DNA of 64,000 nt. Origin: Octopus bimaculoides (Eukaryota). The notes under the pieces were generated by a model that worked only from the letters and a program-made list of their open reading frames with translations, did not search any database and was not told where the DNA came from. Numbering within the stretch: position 1 is the stretch's first letter; every line of letters begins with the position of its first letter. Positions 51,792 through 62,937 of the stretch are shown piece by piece. Both the position numbers and the translations under genes were made by a program. The stretch lies in the NCBI RefSeq assembly GCF_001194135.2, contig NC_068987.1:14821972-14885971 (forward strand), written 5' to 3'.

Positions 51792-52271
51792 CTTGGAGGA
51801 AGGGGACAGAGGAGGCGAGGCCTTGAATCTCCTTTTCCATCGCCCATATGGAATGTTTGGGATCGATGTATGACGGGGATCGCTCGTACTACAAATGGTT
51901 TAGAAGCCTGCCACAGCGCGCTGAAAAACACTGAATATTCGTCATCCGAATATTTGGAAACTTACTGATGTGATTAAATGTGAGGAAAGGTTTGCCTGTA
52001 CGAAATTGCAGAAGTTTATGCAAGGAGAAGAACCAAGCCCAAAGAAAAAATACAAAGCGATGAACCTGCGTATAAAAAATGACATGGAAAAATATAATCC
52101 AAACCCCAAAATTATTTTTTCTATAAGTAATTGCGTACAATCTTAAATTTTAAGAAGAAATAAATATGTAATAGAGCGACGAATTGGCTGATGACGAATT
52201 GGCCCGGGGCCGAATTAACTGGGGACAAATTAAACGATGACAAATTGCCGTCGACGAATTGACCGGACGCC
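51792..52271 (+). mobile_element. MULE (Mutator-like) transposase C-terminal fragment with subterminal repeats and right end
   Basis: LGGRGQRRRGLESPFPSPIWNVWDRCMTGIARTTNGLEACHSALK / NIRHPNIWKLTDVIKCEE...IAYNLKF* (51792-52153), matching MULE W.V....RT.N..E..H...HP.IW; six ~15-nt GAC(G/A)AATT repeats at 52178-52261, ending gaccggacgcc. Confidence 0.85.
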
Positions 52272-52464
52272 AAAATATATAAAACCCAACGATTGTAAGG
52301 GGATAGTTGGAATCAACTTGTCTCTAACGTCTAATATTCCTATTAAGCTGTGCAAACGGAGGTATTTGCAACACTGTACAGCCCTTTAAATTCTGAACTT
52401 CACCAGCAATAATTGAACGAGGGGCATCACGACATGAAATAGACTTTATATATATACATACACA

Positions 52465-52632
52465 CACACACGGTAGGCTAGGCTTCTTTACGTTTTCATC
52501 CATTAGATCCACTCTTAAGAGGTTTTGATGAACCTGACGCCATAATAGAAGACACTTTCCCAAAGTGCCGCGCACAATGGGACTAAAACCGAAAGCATGT
52601 GATTGAGAAGCAAACTTTTTGTCACACAACTA
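52465..52632 (-). mobile_element. SINE B head
   Basis: ggcttctttacgttttcatcc...agaagacactttcccaaagtgccgcgcacaatgggactaaaacc...cacacaac. Confidence 0.82.
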
Positions 52633-53136
52633 ACAGCTTTATTTGTGTTATACAATCTGTGTTTGCGTGCAAATACTATTTGCAAACTAAGAGATAGTAT
52701 GGCATATGGATTACTAACATATCAAAACATGTTTGTTTGTGGGTGATAATTGTCATACATCCATTTTTACTGGCTTTGAGCGTGAGCGTTATCTTATTGA
52801 TACTCGTTATCGAATGCTTCGTTTGTTGCTTATACAAATTCATCCGTTTTACGCCATGATGTGTATAGTATAAGCATTTGACAATTAGATATAATAACAG
52901 ATTATTTCCACCGATGATATCATATATATTGTACCATATTCTGATACCTTTATCGTTCTCATAGGGCACTGAAAAAGGATTTCGTATACAATAAACACAA
53001 CAGCATACAACAAAGCAAAAAACCTCCAAGAATGTGCTTTCACTTGATGGAGATACCAGAAAATTTTCCTCTAAATCATACCCTAGCGTTTAAAAGAAAT
53101 GGAAGGACATTGGATAATGTGGTCTTAGATATCTAT

Positions 53137-53235
53137 TAAGGGGACGACCTCGTCACAGTTGGAAAGTTTTTGACTATTGATTTTTCTCCTTCAGGGTCAA
53201 TCTAGGACTAAGGAACAGCGACACAGAGATACAAA

Positions 53236-53280
<45 letters not shown>

Positions 53281-53495
53281 GTCTGTCTATCTGTCTATCT
53301 GTCTATCTATCTACCTGCGTATGTATGTATATATACATATATACACACACATATACATATATGTATATATATCTGTACCAATGTTATAAGCATACTTAAT
53401 ATATATATATATATATATATATAGAACAATAATGTAACGTTATATATATATATATATGCATACATACATATATATATAGAGAGAGGGAGATATGC

Positions 53496-53572
<77 letters not shown>

Positions 53573-53741
53573 TTTGTTTGTGTGTGTGTGTGAATGTATG
53601 TTCACTTTTATACATATATTCAAGAACGAAGGAATGATATTGTAAGGGGACGACCTCGTCACAGTTGGAAAGTTTTTGACTATTGATTTTTCTCCTTCAG
53701 GGTCAATCTAGGACTAAGGAACAGCGACACAGAGATACAAA

Positions 53742-53826
<85 letters not shown>

Positions 53827-53835
53827 GTCTGTCTA
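53137..53835 (+). repeat. Local direct duplication of about 100 bp unique sequence plus (TATC)n, 506 bp apart
   Basis: taaggggacgacctcgtcacagttggaaag...gaacagcgacacagagatacaaatatc is identical at 53137-53236 and 53643-53742. Confidence 0.95.
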
Positions 53836-55325
53836 TGGGAGAAGCTTTATTATTATTTGATTCTTTAAAAATTTTCTGTTCTCGTTTTGACAATGGAGAA
53901 GCAATCAGAACCACCAGAGTGTCAACTAAAGGATGCTCAATGTGGTTGCACTAGCCAGCAAAAGATAGCTACCAAATACCCCTCCAATCACACCTTACTA
54001 TCTGAACAAGCAATAGACTGTTAATAATTGTTATAATTAACCATTATGTATTCTAATGATTATTCAAACAAATTTTGTTATTCTATAAATACACATTATA
54101 AATAAAGGACTGTTAGAATGATAAAAAGAAAAAAACAATCTATAAGAAACGAACTGGCAAAGGTACTTCCGACGAGAAAACAAATAATAATAATGAATGT
54201 AAAAACGAAAAGACTACAATTTGAGACTCCCAGATATGATTGAAGGGTATTGATGCGCACTAATGAAGATACACATTTGCTCGGAATGGAATTTACACAC
54301 CACATATAATCTCACTTAACAGCTATGAGACACATTTTAAATTTTCATTGATTCACGATCTATGAGATGATAAGATGCTCCTAGTGCTTCTGAAATAGCA
54401 ACCGTTGTGCCTGGAGGAAATATTGATATCGTTTTTACATAAACTTGATTAAGATTTGTAAAGAATGAGCCAACTGAAACGAGATTACGATATATTACCA
54501 TTACTTCTTTTTGTTGCTCTCTTTTCTTCCCGAGTGAAAAGAAATATTACGCCATAATGCTCATAGTTGGCTATAACAACAAGAAGAAGAAAAAGTAATT
54601 TGCAAATAAACTCTTTTATAGCCGAAACATTTCAAAGATTAAGAAATGTTTCTGTTGGGGAAAAGCTTTCTAAAAGTACATTGTCGATAACTACTACAAA
54701 GTAAAGGAAGGATGCAATAAGTTTGGGGGGGAAAAATCGCCGGTAACTAAAAGCAGAATAAACTCAGGACTTGACAGATCAAATGCAAAGTAAAATGCCA
54801 AAATGGCCATAACATTTTCTTTTTATCTGTTATGCTGTAGTTTATTAAAGTAGTTAGGTTCTACAAAAATGTCCCATGCTGCTGTTGATTTTAATGCAAA
54901 AGTTATCAACGTATTTGGTCGAGAATGAGCCACGAGAATATGGTTACATGTAATGAAGACAATGCACACATTTATCCAATTATCTCAAAACAACAGAGCT
55001 GCAGCAGAGTACACGAGAGTATATATATTATATATATATATATAAGCAGAATTCACAAAAAACAACAGACGAAGACAAGTGGTGTGTGCCTGCGCCTATG
55101 GTGACGTTTTTACCTTTAAATTATTATTCCATGCTTCAATGAATTCCACATGATGATGCTTAACAATAATTTTACAGCCAAGTGACATTCTATGCACACA
55201 CACATACACACAAACACACACACACATGACAGAAGTAAATAGATACCCTTATAATCATTCAAATTTATTTAAAACTGAAATTATGCATTCAAATTATGTA
55301 TTAGTTGTTATAATGGAAATATTTA

Positions 55326-55685
55326 CTATCTAGTAGACATGCGCTTTGCATTTTGCAATGCAAGGACTCTGTTAAGCATGTTACTGATCAGATGACGAAT
55401 ATTCTCCTGCGGAATTTCTTGCCAAGTTTCATGCAGTAATCTCAAAAGTTCTGGCTTTGGAGATGCTTTCCTGTTCTTTTTATGAAATGTCCTGTCCATT
55501 ATGTCCTAGGGGTGTTTAATAGGGTTCGTATCTGGTGACTGGCTTGGCCATGGAAGATTTTTAATGCCATTTTCATCCAGCAAATATTGGGCTATTGGCT
55601 GCAATCTTTTCACATCAAATTCTTGATCACAGAATCGGCCTCTTTGAAATTCAGACAGTTCCAAGGCTTCTTTTGTACATGGCAT
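55326..55685 (-). pseudogene. Internally deleted Tc1-like transposase (N-terminal start fused in frame to the C-terminal domain), one premature stop
   Basis: 120 codons: MPCTKEALELSEFQRGRFCDQEFDVKRLQPIAQYLLDENGIKNLPWPSQSPDTNPIKHP*DIMDR...LLHETWQEIPQENIRHLISNMLNRVLALQNAKRMSTR*; contains ELSEFQRG and WPSQSPD.NPI Tc1 motifs. Confidence 0.88.
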
Positions 55686-55736
55686 GGTTAAACAATCACA
55701 TATAGAACCTGAAACATAAAAATGTCNNNNNNNNNN

Positions 55737-56067
55737 CGATGCATAGTTGAATCCGATATACTGCGAGCAGGGGAGCGAACCCCTACCACATTCTAGCGAC
55801 GGGACCAGCAGTGCAGCCTGTCTTTGGACTATTTCTGCCTCTCTTCAGTGCTGGACACCTCGTCTGCTAGAGATGGCAGTAGCTCGCTTCTTCTCGCAAA
55901 AGGCTAGTTCTAAAATCTCTCTGAGATCAATACAGTAGTTGTACTAACAAATAATGATCGTAGCCACTTCAACAAGGCAGAAATAGGCTGGTCTGCTGGA
56001 CCCGTCGCCAGAAGGCGGAATGGGTTCACTCCCCTGTTCGCAATATAACGGATACAGCTGTGCATCG
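55737..56067. repeat. Foldback element: ~95-bp imperfect inverted arms around a ~135-bp spacer
   Basis: 55737-55840 versus reverse complement of 55975-56067: about 15 differences over the outer 83 nt by manual alignment, plus a 9-nt indel. Confidence 0.9.
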
Positions 56068-56172
56068 TTAACCAGCTAGCGGAGATGTCCTCTTAGGGTT
56101 AAAAAATCGCAGTAAAGTCCGTTCAAACAGAACAGCCGTGTTGAAGTGGCTACGAACATTACTTTTATGTGT

Positions 56173-56216
<44 letters not shown>

Positions 56217-56506
56217 GTCTGTGTCTGTGTCTGTGTCTGTGTGTGTATGTGTGTGTGTTTATGTGTTCGTATATATATATATATATATATATAAGTAATG
56301 TTATAATATCGACTGTGATCGCAAAGAAATCTGCTTCTAACCTTGTTTTCTGAGAAAGTGCGTACCTCTNNNNNNNNNNNNNNNNNNNNNNNNNNNNNNN
56401 NNNNNNNNNNNNNNNNNNNNNNNNNNNNNNNNNNNNNNNNNNNNNNNNNNNNNNNNNNNNNNNNNNNNNNNNNNNNNNNNNNNNNNNNNNNNNNNNNNNN
56501 NNNNNN

Positions 56507-56563
<57 letters not shown>

Positions 56564-56784
56564 TTTTCCTTTATGCTTTTCTTGATGAGATTCAGATTAC
56601 AACTCCAGTTATATTTTTCTATTTGTAAATTATGATCGTCCGATAAAACATAACCATTATTCATTCATATATACGCTTAGTAAAGAGCGATGCGGGTGGT
56701 GGCGCAAGTTCTTTGTTCGTATCCATTCCGAATTGATTATTTTCGATAATAAGCTGAGCGTATATCATATAATCAATAAAATTT

Positions 56785-56855
<71 letters not shown>

Positions 56856-57194
56856 TATCATTATTATTATTATTATTATTTTATGTTTGACTTTTGTTTT
56901 GCATTTGTACAAGTTGGATCCAAGTCTCACCCAGAGACCTCAAGAGACAAGTTAGAAGTTCATGTAGGTGTTATGCCTAGGGTACCATATATTTGTATTT
57001 GTACAGTTTTGTTCAAGTGAATGTTTAAGAAACCATAAGAAAATTATGTGTTTGCTTTAAAATTTGAGATCCCATAGACAGTATTTTACGTAGGATATCA
57101 TCATCATCATCATCATTATTATTAAATAAAATCTGAAAAGTTTAATTACTAATCATTATTGCATCAGTACATTATTATTATTAATTATGATATG

Positions 57195-57370
57195 AGGGCG
57201 CTTGGTTTAGTGGTTAGTGTGCTTAACTTACCTTCGCGAGAGCGTGCGTTTGATTCTCGGATCGGGTGTTGTGTTGTGCTCTCTTGAGCAAAACGCTTTG
57301 CTACGTAATAACTTCGATATCCAGCGTGTGGCGCACTGAGTCCCTGTACGACGAATGTCAGTTCGATGCA
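57195..57370 (+). mobile_element. Degenerate tRNA-derived SINE (D-like)
   Basis: gggcgcttggtttagtggttag...gtttgattctcgg...tcttgagcaaaacgcttt. Confidence 0.65.
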
Positions 57371-57489
57371 GGGATGGAGATTTATGTGCAGCAGAAATAT
57401 TTGATCATCGCTATAAGCAAATCATCTGTGCAGATTGTTCAGCAAGAAATAGCAGAAGCGTCTTCCTTGTACACAGGAGACTATCAATA

Positions 57490-57835
57490 ATGTGTGTGTG
57501 TGCATGTGCGTATATGTATGTGTGCATCTGTGTCTGTTTGCGCGTAAGTGCATGTGAGTGCGTGCGTGTCTGTGTGTGTGCGTGTGCGTGTGTATGGATG
57601 TGCGTGTGAACGTGTGTCAGTGTGTGTATGTGTGAGTGCATGTGTGTGCGCGTGTGTGCGTGTGAGTGCGTTTATGTGTGCGCGTGTGGGGGTATTAGTG
57701 AATGTGTGTGTGTGTGTGTGCGTACGTCTGTGCGTGCGTGCGTGTGTCTGTGTGTGTGTCCATGTGTGAGTTCATGTGAGTGCGTGTGTGCGTGTGTATG
57801 TGTGTGTGTGTGCATGTGTGAGTTCATGTGTGTGC
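57490..57835 (+). repeat. Degenerate (TG)n/(TGCG)n tract
   Basis: Seen directly. Confidence 0.93.
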
Positions 57836-58279
57836 GTTGGCAGTGCACTTTCTACATTATTTACTAAGGTTAAGCAATGTGCTCGACGATAATCAATGGG
57901 TTAGATAGGTGCTGATGAAGGGGTAAAGCCCCCTAAAATATGGTATGTACGTCCACTACCTGTTTTCGTCTTCGATCACATTGTTTGTTTACATCTGGCG
58001 TCTCGGTACGTAATAAAAATCAGTGCTGGTTGTAGTTTGTATAGATTGTCTATAGAGATATCATTAATGATACAGTGTTTTGGTTTGGAATTGTTTTATG
58101 TTTTCTTTTCTTTATTTTATCCAGAAAGTACGTGAGGTAAAATGTGTACAGCTGTTAGTAACGTTGCTCTCTGTGTGTTGCGTGGTTCGTGAGGAATTTT
58201 GATATTTGTGCTTCATTCATGTGCTTTTTTTGTTTTGTTTTGTTTTCCTCTAATGTAGGCGATTGATAATTATGAGGAT

Positions 58280-58289
58280 AATTTCATCC

Positions 58290-58334
<45 letters not shown>

Positions 58335-58744
58335 CCATCGTCATTATCATCATCATCGTCATCATCATCATCGTCATCATCATCATGTATCATCATCATC
58401 GCTTTCGTTGTCGTCCTCCTCTTCCTCCCCTCTTCTCCTCCGCCTCCTCATCTTCTGATCTTCTTCACCACCACCACCACCACAACCACCACCACCACCA
58501 CCAACACCACCACCACCACAACTACCACCACCACCACCACCATCGCCACCACCAGCATCATTTCATCGTCGTTGTCATCATCGTCAACGTCGTCATCATC
58601 ATCATCATCGTCACCTCCCATTAGCATCATCACAAATATTTCATCGTCTTCATAAATAATGAATAAATATCAACATTTGTTATTATCACCGTCATCATCC
58701 TTATTATTGCTGCTAATTTTGCTTCTATAATAATAATAATAATG

Positions 58745-58775
<31 letters not shown>

Positions 58776-58798
58776 TAATAATAATAATAATAATAATA

Positions 58799-58866
<68 letters not shown>

Positions 58867-58930
58867 CATCATAGTCATGATCATCAACATCAACATCATC
58901 CTCGTCCTCATCATAACCGTCAACATCACT
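58280..58930. repeat. Compound (CAT)n/(CAC)n and (AAT)n-(ATT)n tracts
   Basis: Seen directly; AAT switches to ATT at 58800/58801. Confidence 0.93.
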
Positions 58931-60091
58931 ACATTTTTCACCCATGTTTAATTTTCTGGATGAGAGAACAAGTTGCTCTGTTTACATCAGTTTTCATTGA
59001 AATGTTCTCTCTATGTTCCGCTTTGTTTTATTTTGTTGCTGCTGTATTCCCCCCCTCTCTCTCTCTGCCCCCTCTCTCTCTCTCTCTCTGCCCCCTCTCT
59101 CTCTNNNNNNNNNNNNNNNNNNNNNNNNNNNNNNNNNNNNNNNNNNNNNNNNNNNNNNNNNNNNNNNNNNNNNNNNNNNNNNNNNNNNNNNNNNNNNNNN
59201 NNNNNNNNNNNNNNNNNNNNNNNNNNNNNNNNNNNNNNNNNNNNNNNNNNNNNNNNNNNNNNNNNNNNNNNNNNNNNNNNNNNNNNNNNNNNNNNNNNNN
59301 NNNNNNNNNNNNNNNNNNNNNNNNNNNNNNNNNNNNNNNNNNNNNNNNNNNNNNNNNNNNNNNNNNNNNNNNNNNNNNNNNNNNNNNNNNNNNNNNNNNN
59401 NNNNNNNNNNNNNNNNNNNNNNNNNNNNNNNNNNNNNNNNNNNNNNNNNNNNNNNNNNNNNNNNNNNNNNNNNNNNNNNNNNNNNNNNNNNNNNNNNNNN
59501 NNNNNNNNNNNNNNNNNNNNNNNNNNNNNNNNNNNNNNNNNNNNNNNNNNNNNNNNNNNNNNNNNNNNNNNNNNNNNNNNNNNNNNNNNNNNNNNNNNNN
59601 NNNNNNNNNNNNNNNNNNNNNNNNNNNNNNNNNNNNNNNNNNNNNNNNNNNNNNNNNNNNNNNNNNNNNNNNNNNNNNNNNNNNNNNNNNNNNNNNNNNN
59701 NNNNNNNNNNNNNNNNNNNNNNNNNNNNNNNNNNNNNNNNNNNNNNNNNNNNNNNNNNNNNNNNNNNNNNNNNNNNNNNNNNNNNNNNNNNNNNNNNNNN
59801 NNNNNNNNNNNNNNNNNNNNNNNNNNNNNNNNNNNNNNNNNNNNNNNNNNNNNNNNNNNNNNNNNNNNNNNNNNNNNNNNNNNNNNNNNNNNNNNNNNNN
59901 NNNNNNNNNNNNNNNNNNNNNNNNNNNNNNNNNNNNNNNNNNNNNNNNNNNNNNNNNNNNNNNNNNNNNNNNNNNNNNNNNNNNNNNNNNNNNNNNNNNN
60001 NNNNNNNNNNNNNNNNNNNNNNNNNNNNNNNNNNNNNNNNNNNNNNNNNNNNNNNNNNNNNNNNNNNNNNNNNNNNNNNNNNNNNNNNNNN

Positions 60092-60131
<40 letters not shown>

Positions 60132-60835
60132 GTATAAAAAATATGCACACACACTTCTCATTGTTCAGGTGTTTTGGTCAATTATTTTATTAACACAGCC
60201 ATTCTTGTGCGGCTTAGAATTTAGTTTCGTAGCAGAGAGGTTCAAGGCTTAGCCCACCATCCGGTATCTTGAGTAAGTTTAATGGAAACTGCGCGGAAGC
60301 CTACTGTCAGAAAACTTCAGATGGTCAATAACATAAATAACCAGAGTAATCTATACTAGACCCACGGTCGTTGTACTGGTTCTTATTTTAAAGGATATGC
60401 TCTTGCAAACTCTACAGGAACAGGAGTTAACCACAAAATACCTTAGAAACCTGTCTTGAGAATACGGATTTAAGAAAATCAGAAAAGACATGACTAATTA
60501 GAAGGTTACAAGCCATGGGTAGAACTATAAAAATATAGACATACCAACGTATGCATACAAAAATGTGAAGTCAAGACGTACTAATTTATTCAAACAATGA
60601 CATATACAGGCAAAGTAGGAATTTTAAAAATGCGTTATACATACGTGTACCTGGGAATACATACTTATTTACATACAAACGTACATAAATGCACACATTC
60701 ACATACAATTATACAAATATACAACAAAAGAAAAAGAGAAAGAAATTATATCTCATTGCTCAAGTTTGACACATTTTGAAAATGAGTTTAAATTTGTACT
60801 TTGCAATAAGAGGAAAAAATAACGAATTCATAAAA

Positions 60836-61160
60836 TAAAAGGGTAAAGACTCCCTTTGGTTATGAATGACCGTGGGATTGCACCTAAAAAGTTACACTCC
60901 GTGGCTCAAATCCGGGTTAGGTTGTTTATGAAAGACTAGCTATCACCTATGCATACTAGCCTCCCCTCTACACGCCACCTATGTTATTCAAAGGAAAAGC
61001 AAAGGCCGATACAACTTGAGACCAGTGACGTCACAACTCATTTCAACAGCTGAGTGAACTGGAGCAACGTGAAATAAAAGCGTCTCGCTCAAAAACACAA
61101 TACATAGCGCGATCTAGGAATCGAACTAACTCCCTCATGATTGAGAGCCCGACGCTCTAA
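60836..61160 (-). mobile_element. Near full-length SINE C
   Basis: Reverse strand gggtgtcggctcagtggttagagc (A box)...gttcgattcc (B box)...tttatttcacgttgctccagttcactcagctg...cattcataaccaaagggagtctttacccttt. Confidence 0.9.
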
Positions 61161-61534
61161 CCACTGAGCCGACACCCGAATAATGCAACAAATATAACAA
61201 AATATGTACTGTACGTATAATGTATAAGATGATTATACATTATACTTAATGAACAACAACTGGTCAATCGATTAATATTTCTGAAGAGTAGAGAAGATAC
61301 ATTCAAGATAAATCATAGCCAACAACAATTACATCAGTGCCATGCCCTTAGGAATCCTTCTCCTGACCCCAATATTTGGCCTTCTGAACTGGACACAGCA
61401 GATGTCTAAGTGAGATGGACCAAAGAACTTAATCTTTTTTATTTCAGTGTCAAATGGAACGTAGACTGATTATATTTCCCACACAACGAAAAGAGCTTTG
61501 ACCTTAAATCTATTGTAATATGATATGAAACCTG

Positions 61535-61745
61535 TTGCAAGTTGCAGAATGGTTAGCACTCCGGACAAAATGCTTAATGGCTGTTCGTCCGTCTTCCCGT
61601 TCTGAATTCAAATTCCGCCGTGGTCGACTTTGCTTTTCATTCTTTCGGGGTCGATAAAATAAGTACCAGTTGAGTACTGGAGTCCACGTAATAGACTTCC
61701 TCCCTTCGCCGAAATTACTGCCTATGTGCCAAAAGTTGAAATCAA
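61535..61745 (+). mobile_element. SINE A copy
   Basis: gttgcagaatggttagcactccggacaaaatgc...aattcaaattccgccgtggtcgactttgcttttcattctttcggggtcgataaaataagtaccagttgagtactgg. Confidence 0.93.
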
Positions 61746-61899
61746 TATATGAAACCCAACAGAGAATTTCCTGAAGAGAACAAAAGTTTACCGATTATCT
61801 TGCTCAAGTTTTCAAAAACCAAACTGAAAACATCATTAGGATGTCTAATGAAATTGGGAAGGAATATGAAATTAAAGAACAAAAAAAAATGTCACTGAC

Positions 61900-62700
61900 C
61901 TTTCTCCCATGGAGTATTTAGAAACCCTACTTAACGCTGCATCGGGGGAAAAAAACTGATATGGTTGTAAATGGGTGCTTGAAATGAAAAATACTAGCCA
62001 TAAAGAGAATTAACCTGCTAAAAGCCTGGCATGGAGTAACGACAGGTTTATAACATCTTTATTTGAAGATCATCTCTATGTAACCTAGGAGCGAGAATCT
62101 CATCAAGCGTCTTCTATAAAAGAAAACAATACATCAGCTGACAACAAAATGTTGGCAATGCCAAATAAAAACTGAATACGTTTGTCATATGACTGCAAAA
62201 TGTTAGAGAATGTCCCAGGGATTAATACTTTTCCACGGCGAATAATGCACTCGATCGAGCAATCAGGAATAAAATAAGATACTAAAGGAAAACATATAGC
62301 AAACAATAAAAACGATCACAGTGAGACTCATCGATCAAAAGAATATTGGTGAAATCCGAAGTTAAAACTGCGAATATAACGAGGCACAGCCGATTTGATA
62401 TTGCTATTTTGGGGAATGAAAACCTATAAAGCATGCGCCATTGTAAAAGTCAGCTGCCTATATGACGTCAATGTAGATACACATTTGAAAGAAACAGGCA
62501 ATTATGAACCATTAATGGGGAGATAACAAATCCAATACCAAAAATATATATTTAATGTTATAACCGTTATCGACGGGATCAAAATATGATTAAATTTGAA
62601 ATTTTAGATAAAAAAATGTAATGCCATAATTCATACGGTACCAGATAAAAATCAGGAGGGCCTTCATAAGTTTAAAGGGTGAAAGATTGCTGTGAAACAA
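61900..62700 (+). pseudogene. Decayed CCHC zinc finger plus restriction-like endonuclease region of an R4/Dong-like LINE
   Basis: SLAWSNDRFITSLFEDHL...DNKCWQCQIKTEYVCHMTAKC (C-x2-C-x8-H-x4-C from 62150)...EYW*N...ADLILLFW...IVKVSCLYDVNV...NYEPLM...QYQKY...VI; corresponds to the RLE PD...E.SCP.D.N motif. Many stops. Confidence 0.8.
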
Positions 62701-62885
62701 AGTAAAGAACAATACATTTTTTTTCTTTTCGATTATCATAATTATTATTATCAAGTGAAACAAAGCCATTAAATAATGTCAAGCCTCTATCAGATGTGGA
62801 TAATGTATGCTGCAGAAGGAGATATAATGAGACGATGTGATCTACCCGGAAAACCGATTTACTTTATCAGTAACAGGAGGCGGGA

Positions 62886-62937
62886 GTTGGATATTTGCTG
62901 CTGACGAAGCCTAACGAGGCTGAAATGCATATCTAAC
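62886..62937 (+). ncRNA. Candidate minimal hammerhead ribozyme motif (PLE type); core intact, helix I register imperfect
   Basis: CTGACGA (62901-62907), stem II agcct-aacg-aggct, GAAA (62922-62925), palindromic ATGCAT stem III, AUA triplet. Confidence 0.5.

Noticed and set aside
52178-52271. CRISPR-like repeat/spacer periodicity
   Set aside because: Period is only about 15 nt, there are no cas genes, the context is eukaryotic, and it is explained as MULE subterminal repeats.
54624-54652. Perfect 10-bp hairpin gaaacatttc/gaaatgtttc
   Set aside because: A short AT-rich stem is expected occasionally by chance in 57 kb; no supporting context.
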